Position numbers and translations under genes: made by a program | Shown: positions 7,826-16,108 of the stretch, piece by piece | Position numbering within the stretch: position 1 is the stretch's first letter | How the letters are laid out: every line of letters begins with the position of its first letter | DNA from: a virus | Length of the DNA: 64,000 nt | Virus genome (UHGV): UHGV-0021337 | Reading direction: 5' to 3' (one strand) | The notes under the pieces: generated by a model | Seen by the model: only the letters and a program-made list of their open reading frames with translations | Database searches by the model: none | What the model was told of the DNA's origin: nothing

Positions 7826-8075
7826 AAGCGGACCAGAATATACAAGATTAGTTTTGATGAGAGAACCAGAATGGAATACGATTCAAAAAACTCATATAAC
7901 TTGTTTAGATATAGGCACGGAGGTCTTACAAAAACTTTTTGATTACGAAGACGTATTGCAAAACCACAACATTGAACAAAGTCCTGAAGGATTAGAAGAA
8001 TATATACAACTTGCAGAAAAAGGTATTCAGTGTTTGAAAATTGTCAAAAACAACGAAGAAATTCTTAAGAAATGA
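7812..8075 (+). CDS. hypothetical protein
   Basis: ORF overlapping the upstream end. Confidence 0.45.
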   Translation: MKITKSGPEYTRLVLMREPEWNTIQKTHITCLDIGTEVLQKLFDYEDVLQNHNIEQSPEGLEEYIQLAEKGIQCLKIVKNNEEILKK

Positions 8076-8217
8076 CAAACTTGTTATAAACTCAACATCG
8101 AGAGTTGAGTAGTTAGCGGAATAAATTATTAAGTTAAATACTATCGCCTGTTGCAACCGGGAATGCACTGGTTGCACATAGGAAATATCGTTAGTTCAAA
8201 GTAGAGGAGCAAAAATT

Positions 8218-8466
8218 ATGTTATCAGTCGTAAATCAAAACGAAGATACAAAGTTGGATGTGTCTTTGTACTATATGAAGAAAGTTGATTGCACTAAACC
8301 CTATGCAATATGTAGTTTAGATGCTGAACATAGTGTTCTATATCTTGCGATGTACACAAAGAAGAAACAGCAAGAAGAAGTATTCGAGGATATGATTTAC
8401 TGGGAAGAGAACAACAAGGACAAAATATACAGGATGCCTGATGACGAGCCGTTGAATTACGAATAA
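8218..8466 (+). CDS. hypothetical protein
   Basis: RBS agaggag. Preceded by the GTTGCA motif region. Confidence 0.45.
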   Translation: MLSVVNQNEDTKLDVSLYYMKKVDCTKPYAICSLDAEHSVLYLAMYTKKKQQEEVFEDMIYWEENNKDKIYRMPDDEPLNYE

Positions 8467-8699
8467 GAAAAGTTGTATGCGCGTGCGTATGCGCATTAAG
8501 TAAATATACTTCGTATATATTAACTTAATAAAACAAACAAGTATACATTACGTATACAATACATACATATATTCATTACATTCATATATGTATGTTATAG
8601 TATACTTCAGTATACTTAAATAAAAGAAAAAGATTTCTTGAATTTTACAGTAAGAAGTAAGACTCTTCTTACTAGTTCTGACGCGCTTGGAGGTAGAAT
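8467..8699. repeat. AT-rich non-coding region with a GC hairpin (atgcgc-gtgcgtat-gcgcat) and multiple GTATAC/TATAC iterons
   Basis: Read directly: tgcgcgtgcgtatgcgca, then repeated gtatac / agtatactt elements. Confidence 0.4.
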
Positions 8700-9074
8700 A
8701 TGGTTAAGTACATAAGATATAAAGATGACACTCACACACTTTATCCTGACCGATGTGTTAAAGTTAATTTTAATTTTGATATCAATAATCCCTATTTCAC
8801 TTTGTATTACAGTTATAAAGTCAACACAGTTGAGCAAATGAAGAACGCTCTTGAAAGTATTCATAAAGATACCTCATATACTGAACTAATGTCAACATAT
8901 GGCTACAACCGTGGGCTAAAAAGTGAATTAAGAAAGTGGAAAGCTCATAATATACTGCATAAGTTACATATAAAACCGGAAAAAACAAAACACACAAACT
9001 TTGCTAAGAACGAATCAAGATTTAGAAGACTTTGTTATTGTATATTATCAGGAATGTATTGGATGTTCAAATAA
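8700..9074 (+). CDS. hypothetical protein
   Basis: RBS ggaggtag. Confidence 0.45.
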   Translation: MVKYIRYKDDTHTLYPDRCVKVNFNFDINNPYFTLYYSYKVNTVEQMKNALESIHKDTSYTELMSTYGYNRGLKSELRKWKAHNILHKLHIKPEKTKHTNFAKNESRFRRLCYCILSGMYWMFK

Positions 9075-9083
9075 GGAGCAAGT

Positions 9084-9245
9084 ATGAAAGTATATGAGTT
9101 AAAAATCGAATTAAAAAACAACATCAATAAAGTAATAGTAACAGCCGACAATATGCAAGATGCACTAGACAAAGTATTCTACAACAATTTAGCCAGATCA
9201 AAAGTTATTAGATTAGAAATAGCTGAAAAAGAAGTACAAGGTTGA
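9084..9245 (+). CDS. small hypothetical protein (53 aa)
   Basis: Strong RBS aaggag 9 nt upstream of the ATG. Fills a gap between genes. Confidence 0.35.
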   Translation: MKVYELKIELKNNINKVIVTADNMQDALDKVFYNNLARSKVIRLEIAEKEVQG

Positions 9246-9315
9246 GCTAAACTTAGTGTAAAGTAATTAAAGGGTTTCAAAAAATGAAGCCCTTAGTTAT
9301 TAAAAGCAGGTAAAG

Positions 9316-11118
9316 ATGAGTTATTCAAGAGAGTTTTTAATAAAGCAATTTAAGAAAGGCGTTAAAGATTATTTGCCCATAGCAAGCGCAGCTGAGGCAA
9401 TGATTAACTACAAATTAAGTCAGTTGGATGAAGATGACTGGGCAAGAATAGAAGAATTCTTTAACTCGTTTAAGTTTCCACTTCACGTATACAGAGGCTT
9501 AAATGTTAAGTCAGAAAAAGACGTTGACTTCAAGAACCCTGGTAATAACTGGACAGTAGACACCGCTTTATTTCACGCTCCGTTATCTGCATTTAGAAAT
9601 AGCAATTACATACTCGAAGGCTACATTGATGAAGACCAAATAGATTGGCCTGAAACAGTACAAAACTTTATGTATTACTCAGTTAATGCAGCACGTAATC
9701 AACGTTACCCTGAAAATGAAGTCACACTCAAGAAAAGACAAGTACCTCACGACTTAACAGGGGCAATGAAAGAGTCTTTAACTGAAGATGTTGATGTTCC
9801 CGATAAACCATCTGCACAAGACAAGTTTAGATATTACTGGGAACTTGAATCAAGAGCTATTAAACAACCACAAGACTTGTTACGTAAATTCAAAAATAAG
9901 TTTCCTAATCAGTATGATATCTGGGGTGAGACATTTGAGTGGATGCTTGAGCATAATGAAGATAGTTTTGTAGAGCCTGAAAATTATGCTCTTTATCTTG
10001 AATACGATTTAGATACTAATTGGGGCTATATAGCAATTGTGGAGTTCAAAGGTCGTTATCAAGAATCACTCAATGAAGTTTATCCACAAAAGAATGAAAC
10101 TAAATCTGATTTTATTAACAGGTTTATGCGAGTAACAGCAAAAGAATATCCTGATGTAAAACAAAGATATGCTGTTGCTAATAGTTACTGGGACAATCGT
10201 GATAGGAAGAGATTAAACGAAGAAATAGATGATAAAGCTGTTGCACTTATATTTGGTAGTCTTGATTATTCTGAATTAAGAGGCAAAGTAATATTCACAC
10301 AAAAAGAAGATGTTGTTGATGTTGATGTAAATCTTGTTAATCTTCCGCAATCACAATTCTTAGGGTTTCATATTCATTCTGGTTCTGAATGTACAGGAAA
10401 TGAAAAAGATCCTTTCAAGAATGCTAAAACTCATTTCAATCCTTCTCGTAAGTCACATCCAGAACACGCTGGAGACTTGCCTGCTTTGTATAGTTCGAAC
10501 GGACAAATACATACAACTTTTGAAACTGATAAATTTACAATTGCTGATATAATTGGTAAAACTATCATCATACATTCCGACAGAGATGACTTTACTTCGC
10601 AACCTGCTGGCGATGCAGGGGACAAGATTGCTTGTGGTGTTATAAAGAAGTATACTTTAGAGGAAGCTTACCTAGATGCCGAAGAAAAGTTTTGGGATTA
10701 TAGAACAAAAGAAGTAGAACCAGGACAATACATTGATACAACTCGTAATGAAATTAGATGGGTTGACGATATGTTAGAAGATCCTGCTTACTATGAAAAG
10801 AAAGGTTATACTGCACGCATAGTTGAAATGTCTCCTGAAGAATACTTCGAACAGTGTGCTGAGTTGTTTGGTAACTCTATAGAAGCTCAAAAAAGACAGA
10901 TTGCTGCAGATACTGGCGTGTTAGATGACTTAACTCAAGTAATTAAAAAGTATCATAAAAGATTTCCGATACCATTTATAAACATAAAAGATAGAACTCA
11001 AGAAGGCAGGCATAGAATGTATGTACTTGGAGAGTTATTTGGATGGGACAAAAAAGTTCCTGTGCTTATAATTCAAGATGTAAATAATGTTCGTGTTACT
11101 GGCAAGGAGATAAAATGA
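9316..11118 (+). CDS. multidomain protein with a complete Cu/Zn superoxide dismutase (SodC) domain at about aa 340-440; the C-terminus has a ParB/sulfiredoxin-like EGRHR motif
   Basis: All Cu/Zn ligands are present: HIH, THFNP, HPEHAGDL (His, His, Asp), IIIHSDRDD and GDAGDKIACGVI. The disulfide cysteines are in SECTGN and IACGV. Confidence 0.7.
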   Translation: MSYSREFLIKQFKKGVKDYLPIASAAEAMINYKLSQLDEDDWARIEEFFNSFKFPLHVYRGLNVKSEKDVDFKNPGNNWTVDTALFHAPLSAFRNSNYILEGYIDEDQIDWPETVQNFMYYSVNAARNQRYPENEVTLKKRQVPHDLTGAMKESLTEDVDVPDKPSAQDKFRYYWELESRAIKQPQDLLRKFKNKFPNQYDIWGETFEWMLEHNEDSFVEPENYALYLEYDLDTNWGYIAIVEFKGRYQESLNEVYPQKNETKSDFINRFMRVTAKEYPDVKQRYAVANSYWDNRDRKRLNEEIDDKAVALIFGSLDYSELRGKVIFTQKEDVVDVDVNLVNLPQSQFLGFHIHSGSECTGNEKDPFKNAKTHFNPSRKSHPEHAGDLPALYSSNGQIHTTFETDKFTIADIIGKTIIIHSDRDDFTSQPAGDAGDKIACGVIKKYTLEEAYLDAEEKFWDYRTKEVEPGQYIDTTRNEIRWVDDMLEDPAYYEKKGYTARIVEMSPEEYFEQCAELFGNSIEAQKRQIAADTGVLDDLTQVIKKYHKRFPIPFINIKDRTQEGRHRMYVLGELFGWDKKVPVLIIQDVNNVRVTGKEIK

Positions 11119-11537
11119 AAACATTTAAGACTATTATTTTCTACATCCTTTCATTTACGTGGGGATTACCAATGACGCTCTTCGGAGGTCTTGTAGCATT
11201 AGGTTGCTTGATTGCAGGAATCAAACCCAAAAGATTTCATCAATTCATTTATTTTGAATTTGGCGAAGGCTGGGGCGGATTTGAAGGTGGTATATTCTTC
11301 TTCTGCAACAAGAATGGCAGCTTGCAAATGAAACAACACGAAGCGGGTCATGGGATACAGAATATTATGCTCGGTGTATTTATGCCGTTTGTAATCAGTA
11401 TTCCTTCTGCGATTCGTTACTGGTACAGAAACTGGCTTGTTAAATCTGGACGTAAACAGTATTCTGAGCTTGTTCCTTACAACAGCATTTGGTTTGAAAA
11501 ATGGGCTACTGAATTAGGACAAAAATATTTTAACTAA
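11115..11537 (+). CDS. small polytopic membrane protein with an HExxH motif (HEAGH); possible membrane-embedded zinc hydrolase
   Basis: Hydrophobic N-terminal segments and QHEAGHG. Confidence 0.45.
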   Translation: MKTFKTIIFYILSFTWGLPMTLFGGLVALGCLIAGIKPKRFHQFIYFEFGEGWGGFEGGIFFFCNKNGSLQMKQHEAGHGIQNIMLGVFMPFVISIPSAIRYWYRNWLVKSGRKQYSELVPYNSIWFEKWATELGQKYFN

Positions 11538-11612
11538 CTAGTATAAACAATTGAATCATTTAATAAGATACCTTATAATCAAAATGTAAAAAGATTATGA
11601 GGTATTTTTATT

Positions 11613-12137
11613 GTGAAAACATTTTTGATTATAAACCTTATTGCTCTTGTAGTTCTTGCAGCGTTTTTGACTGTACTTTTAATCAATTATCTTAAAACTA
11701 ATAAGGCATTGTTTCAAACTACAGCTGAGTTAGATATTGTTAAAGATGAAAAAGATAAGATTGAAGCAAAACTTAATGCTTATACTAAACCCAATCTAGC
11801 AAATATTTATCCTGAAATTTATAACATAATAGCTGCATGGTGTAAAGAAGTTGGAATTTATCAAGTAGCAGTTAAAACTAGATATGACTCTAAATCAAGT
11901 TGCTATAAACTCACTTTGTATACTGAAAGACCTGGAGCTTTTATTGGTAAAGCTGGAAGTACAATTGAGAAATATGAAAAGATGTTACAGGAATGCAGAG
12001 TTGGTCGCATGATTGGACAGATTGAGATAGAAGAAATCTCAGGCATAGTAAATCAGAATCAAGTTGATGTAGAAGATTATTATAGTTCTTATATGGCTAA
12101 TTGGTTTGCATATGAAGAGGCGGGAGAAGAATATTAA
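11613..12137 (+). CDS. membrane-anchored KH-domain protein
   Basis: GTG start with RBS gagg. N-terminal transmembrane helix. KH GXXG motif FIGKAGSTI. Confidence 0.45.
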   Translation: MKTFLIINLIALVVLAAFLTVLLINYLKTNKALFQTTAELDIVKDEKDKIEAKLNAYTKPNLANIYPEIYNIIAAWCKEVGIYQVAVKTRYDSKSSCYKLTLYTERPGAFIGKAGSTIEKYEKMLQECRVGRMIGQIEIEEISGIVNQNQVDVEDYYSSYMANWFAYEEAGEEY

Positions 12138-12397
12138 TGTATAATAGAAACTATTTTACAGATTTTGAATTCTGGAGTAAACAAAATATTAAAAGTAAAA
12201 AGCACTTTAAAACCGTAATGGCCGTTATGTACGGCAAGAAAAAAGACAGAGGCGGCATAAAGAAAAAGTATTTAGCTCTTATGAAAGAGCAAGAGGAAAC
12301 GCAGAGACTTATGAGAGAAGCTATAGATCACGTTTGTCCTCAATTAAGCGGTATACTCAGATACTTGGATTGTTTTGGTACTGGTGCCTATTATTAA
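12137..12397 (+). CDS. hypothetical basic protein
   Basis: ORF coupled by TAATG. Confidence 0.4.
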   Translation: MYNRNYFTDFEFWSKQNIKSKKHFKTVMAVMYGKKKDRGGIKKKYLALMKEQEETQRLMREAIDHVCPQLSGILRYLDCFGTGAYY

Positions 12398-12418
12398 AAT
12401 AATTAGAGGGATAGTTAT

Positions 12419-12970
12419 ATGGATTATATGACCAATTACGAGAAAAATATACAAATCAAACTCGATAGGAACGAGAAACTACTTCGAACTAAAACCGAGC
12501 AAATAGCCGATCTGCAATACGAAGCCGAGTTAATCACCAACATGTCAATTGAGATTATTCGTGGGATATCCGATCCAGTTCAAATAGTCGATTTACATCA
12601 AATTTGGCTTGATTTCGATAATGACAAAGGACAGTTCAAACTCGACTGCGAAGATAGCGAAGAGGAATTGAAGTTTATCGAAGAGAACTATATATTCAAT
12701 TGTAAAAGACCTGAAGGCGTAAAACTGAAAGAATTATCTATATATGAATATTGCTGGGAATTTTGGCTTAATTATACTTGCGGTGACAAAGAATTCAGGG
12801 TGGCACTTCCATGTTATAGAAATGCTAATAAAGCTAATTACAAAAATTTGTATTACGCCATTAGGACGGTTAATAAATACTGTTGTACAACTGTGTTCAA
12901 GACAAAGGATCTTTCGGAGCTAAAAGACGGAGTTACGAAGTTCTTAAATGGAGAGATCGGAAATGAATAA
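12419..12970 (+). CDS. hypothetical protein
   Basis: RBS gagggatag. Confidence 0.5.
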   Translation: MDYMTNYEKNIQIKLDRNEKLLRTKTEQIADLQYEAELITNMSIEIIRGISDPVQIVDLHQIWLDFDNDKGQFKLDCEDSEEELKFIEENYIFNCKRPEGVKLKELSIYEYCWEFWLNYTCGDKEFRVALPCYRNANKANYKNLYYAIRTVNKYCCTTVFKTKDLSELKDGVTKFLNGEIGNE

Positions 12971-13214
12971 GAGAGAATATGCAAAACTGAAAAAGTGGAC
13001 AGACACTTTAACTGACGAACAACTTAAGAAAGAATATTTCGACGCGCTGTACGATTCACTTGGCAGTCAAACTGAAGAAATGTATGAGCTTGGCTATGAT
13101 AGAGTTGATATAATAGAAAGGGAGAAATACGAAAGAGGCTGTCGCAGAAAAAGAGTTATGCTTGAAAAGATTTGCTCAGAAAGGGGAATTAAGTTATGGG
13201 GAACAGAGCAGTAA
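12948..13214 (+). CDS. hypothetical protein
   Basis: ORF. Confidence 0.45.
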   Translation: MERSEMNKREYAKLKKWTDTLTDEQLKKEYFDALYDSLGSQTEEMYELGYDRVDIIEREKYERGCRRKRVMLEKICSERGIKLWGTEQ

Positions 13215-13266
13215 TAACAGCAAGCAAGTCATGCGACAAATATGGACTATAGAAAGGAGAGGATTT

Positions 13267-13620
13267 ATGAAAGATTCTCAATATTGGTCTAAAATAGCAA
13301 AAGCCCACTTAGATGAAATAAATAAGAAAGAAGTAGAACTTCATGGTGATAGAGCTGTTATTCAAACTATGATAACTCAAGGCGACTTAGAGCTAATGGA
13401 AGAACTTTTTGATCTGTTTTGTGATAGACAAGCAATTGCTAAGAAGTTTGCTGACCTAGGCTATGGTCCCGGTTACTATCATAAATATGGATTCAAGCTT
13501 GTAATGGATAGACTTGATAGAGAAAGTCAAAGGTCTGATGCAATATTTAGAAAAGGTTATATTTGTTATAATGGAATCATTAATAGACCCACTAGATGTT
13601 TTGTTGTAATAGATAAGTAA
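13267..13620 (+). CDS. hypothetical protein; start moved to the ATG that has RBS aaaggagagg
   Basis: The track ORF begins at 13162, overlapping the upstream gene. The internal ATG has a strong RBS. Confidence 0.45.
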   Translation: MKDSQYWSKIAKAHLDEINKKEVELHGDRAVIQTMITQGDLELMEELFDLFCDRQAIAKKFADLGYGPGYYHKYGFKLVMDRLDRESQRSDAIFRKGYICYNGIINRPTRCFVVIDK

Positions 13621-13682
13621 TTAGTTGACTTATTTTTAGTTTTATATTATAATATAGTTGTAAATTAAAAGAGGTGTTATTT

Positions 13683-13916
13683 ATGAAAGTTAAAGAATTA
13701 TTTGAAGTTATTGATTGGACATCTACTTATCCTGATATAACGATAGTTAAAAATACTACTGATTTTCAAAGTGTTAAAACGTTCAAATACCCTTATGATT
13801 CTAATTATGTAGAAGAAATGCTTAAAGAACTCGGAGATAGAATTATTGAGCCTGATGGAGTTACATTTGGCACAGATGAACACGAGATTGATTATATCAT
13901 AATTCAGGTGAAATAA
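13683..13916 (+). CDS. hypothetical protein
   Basis: RBS aagaggtg 9 nt upstream of the ATG at 13683. Confidence 0.45.
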   Translation: MKVKELFEVIDWTSTYPDITIVKNTTDFQSVKTFKYPYDSNYVEEMLKELGDRIIEPDGVTFGTDEHEIDYIIIQVK

Positions 13917-13917
13917 T

Positions 13918-14127
13918 ATGAATAAGAATTTTGATATAAACGTTGATTTCAAAAACTACCCCGTGAGTGTCGAGTGCCCAAAAGCTAACGGCGACACTGC
14001 GATTTTCAACTGCGATGTTTGTGGTAGACATCGTTACTTCGCTTCTCCATGTACTCCAGATGATTGCGAGGCAAGGTTTGAAGAGTTTTGCGAAGATAAT
14101 GAAAATAAGGAGGAGTCATATGACTAA
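13918..14127 (+). CDS. small Cys-rich protein (putative zinc binding)
   Basis: CPKANG...CDVCGRH...C. Confidence 0.45.
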   Translation: MNKNFDINVDFKNYPVSVECPKANGDTAIFNCDVCGRHRYFASPCTPDDCEARFEEFCEDNENKEESYD

Positions 14128-14305
14128 TTTTGAAAAGATAAAAAATATGAGTATAGATGAAATGGTAGACAAATTTGATAAAGTATTCAACTGTTACGGT
14201 TGTCCTATCAGAGAATTTTGTGATGAAATCAATTCGGAACCTAATTCGTCTTGTACAAGTGTTTGGAAAGAATGGCTTAAAAGCGAGGTACAATGTCATG
14301 GCTAA
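14120..14305 (+). CDS. small Cys-rich protein MTNFEKIKNMS...CYGCPIREFC; paralog of 43176..43331
   Basis: Strong RBS aaggagg. Shares the N-terminus MTNxEKIKNMSxxE and a CxxCPI motif with the second copy. Confidence 0.5.
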   Translation: MTNFEKIKNMSIDEMVDKFDKVFNCYGCPIREFCDEINSEPNSSCTSVWKEWLKSEVQCHG

Positions 14306-14615
14306 AATTTGGGTTGATGATATAAGACCTGCACCTGAAGGTTATTATTGGGTCAAAACAGTTGACTTATGTAAAGATCTATTACGTTGGCATAAAATCC
14401 CATCCAGACTTGGAACTAGATTACTTATTGAAGAAATTTCTCTTGATCATGACTCTGGAGATTATTTCCAATACGGAGGAGATTATATTAAAATATTAGA
14501 CTATATGGAAGAACTTGAAATAAATGATATTCCTATTCATCTCCATACAGCAAATCCAGTTGGAAGAGAAAATATGAGAAGAATTATTCAGAAAAATGGC
14601 TGGAGGGAAGTATAA
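14298..14615 (+). CDS. hypothetical protein
   Basis: ATG overlaps the upstream stop (ATGGCTAA). The track ORF starts earlier, at 14175. Confidence 0.45.
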   Translation: MAKIWVDDIRPAPEGYYWVKTVDLCKDLLRWHKIPSRLGTRLLIEEISLDHDSGDYFQYGGDYIKILDYMEELEINDIPIHLHTANPVGRENMRRIIQKNGWREV

Positions 14616-14880
14616 AATACAAATGAAATATTATTATATTGTTTCACAGAACACAACATGCTTATGTTTACACAGAGAAAACATAGCAATTAAAGAAACT
14701 TTTCAAGAAGCTTTAAATAAATTAAACTCCTATTCAGACAAAGGTTATCAAATAGGAAGTGGTACAATTATTAAAATTAATGATGACTATGAGAGACAAT
14801 TTGTTTGGGTATATCATAAAGGTGCACTAATTTCAAAATTTGACTGTATAAATAGAAGATTTGATTATAGCGAGGATTAA
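14596..14880 (+). CDS. hypothetical protein; start uncertain, alternative ATG at 14623
   Basis: ORF. Confidence 0.35.
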   Translation: MAGGKYKIQMKYYYIVSQNTTCLCLHRENIAIKETFQEALNKLNSYSDKGYQIGSGTIIKINDDYERQFVWVYHKGALISKFDCINRRFDYSED

Positions 14881-14882
14881 AT

Positions 14883-15308
14883 GTGGAAAATTATAAAAGA
14901 TTAACAAACAACAACCGCGATGAATATGACCCCGAATACGATTTCTGTTGCGATTGTAAATACTTTGGTGAGCCTTGTGGTTGTAATAGACCAAATGGTA
15001 CTTGTGGTAATTATGACAGTTTTCTTGAAATATATAATCGCCTCACAAAGTTGGAAGATAAAATCGAAAATGGCACACTCGTTGAGTCGTCTTGCTGCAA
15101 TAAAAATATAAAATTTTATTTTAATAGAAAAGAAATTCCTTTTGAGGAATTAAGCGAGATTCCCCAAATGACAACTGATCGAGAAAATCATACGATTACA
15201 AATATAGTGTTGAATTATATGGATAAAGACGCAATATTCTTTTATACTAAAACAGAGCATTATACTGTGGCAGATGGGGCGGAAGAAGAGTATTATGACG
15301 AAATGTAA
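14883..15308 (+). CDS. Cys-rich protein; paralog of 42812..43183
   Basis: GTG start with RBS gagg. Shares NYKRLT and YNRLxxLEDKIExGTLVES. Extra CCDC...CGC...C cluster. Confidence 0.45.
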   Translation: MENYKRLTNNNRDEYDPEYDFCCDCKYFGEPCGCNRPNGTCGNYDSFLEIYNRLTKLEDKIENGTLVESSCCNKNIKFYFNRKEIPFEELSEIPQMTTDRENHTITNIVLNYMDKDAIFFYTKTEHYTVADGAEEEYYDEM

Positions 15309-15588
15309 ATATTATTCTGATTATGATTCTGACCCGCATGATTCTGGTGTATGTCATTATGATGAATATAAGTATGGTGGCTTTCCTATGATATGTACTC
15401 ACAAGGACGATGAGGATAACTGCACTTGCTTCGAACCAGTTAAAGGTCAAGGATTAGTTTTCTCTCCTTGTGAAAAAATTATTTTTATTCAAACTAAAGT
15501 TGGAGATTCTGTAGAATTAGACCCTAAGAAATTATCTGAGCTTGATTGGATAAATATAAATGGGATTAAATTTAAGAAGGCAAAATGA
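15295..15588 (+). CDS. small Cys/His-rich protein
   Basis: ORF. Start moved to an internal ATG to avoid a 35-nt overlap. Confidence 0.4.
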   Translation: MTKCKYYSDYDSDPHDSGVCHYDEYKYGGFPMICTHKDDEDNCTCFEPVKGQGLVFSPCEKIIFIQTKVGDSVELDPKKLSELDWININGIKFKKAK

Positions 15589-15896
15589 ATTGTATATATT
15601 ATTCTGAAGCGGCACGTGCTTGTATATTTGACGGCCCTTTAGATGAATGTCCGTATGAAGATGATTTCTGTAAGTGTGACTGTTTTAGACCTGGTGCACG
15701 AATTGAACGTGGAAGTAATGACGTGTACGAAGACAAAATGAAAACAACTCTAGAAAGTCAAAGAATCAAGCTTCCGAAATATACAGCAAAGATTACAATA
15801 GGTAATTGGACAATTAACTTGCTGGATAAAACCTTTACTAAAGAGCAGATCAAAAATACGAAAGAATTGTTAGGTTGGGATGTTGAGAACTTATAA
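15585..15896 (+). CDS. small Cys-rich protein
   Basis: ATGA overlap with the upstream gene. CxxC...CxC motifs. Confidence 0.45.
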   Translation: MNCIYYSEAARACIFDGPLDECPYEDDFCKCDCFRPGARIERGSNDVYEDKMKTTLESQRIKLPKYTAKITIGNWTINLLDKTFTKEQIKNTKELLGWDVENL

Positions 15897-15952
15897 AGGA
15901 CAATGTTAAATCAGCACTAAATTTACTTGAGTTATTGTAAATGAGAGAAAGT

Positions 15953-16108
15953 ATGAAATTAGAAAAGATTACACCTAATAAACAAAATAAAGATAGGGAC
16001 TATACTTTGCGAGAAGACGTTGCTAAAGAGATTGAAGACGCTATGAATGAGCCATGCCAAGAATTTAGTGACTTGGCTGAATTGTTCATATATCTGGGGC
16101 TAAGATGA
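15953..16108 (+). CDS. small protein (51 aa) overlapping the toxin-domain gene start by 4 nt; candidate antitoxin-like partner
   Basis: RBS gagagaaag. TGA overlaps the ATG at 16105. Confidence 0.4.
   Translation: MKLEKITPNKQNKDRDYTLREDVAKEIEDAMNEPCQEFSDLAELFIYLGLR

Noticed and set aside
9316-10300. ADP-ribosyltransferase in the N-terminal region of the SodC-containing protein (YRG motif)
   Set aside because: Only the Arg motif is recognisable. No convincing S-T-S or (Q/E)xE motif was seen, so the evidence is insufficient.
13967-14305. 112-aa ORF 13967..14305, and similar long N-terminal extensions at 13162, 14175, 37003, 43295, 47714 and 57631
   Set aside because: The upstream portions overlap the preceding gene or a terminator. 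A strong RBS plus ATG lies internally. These are re-annotated with downstream starts.
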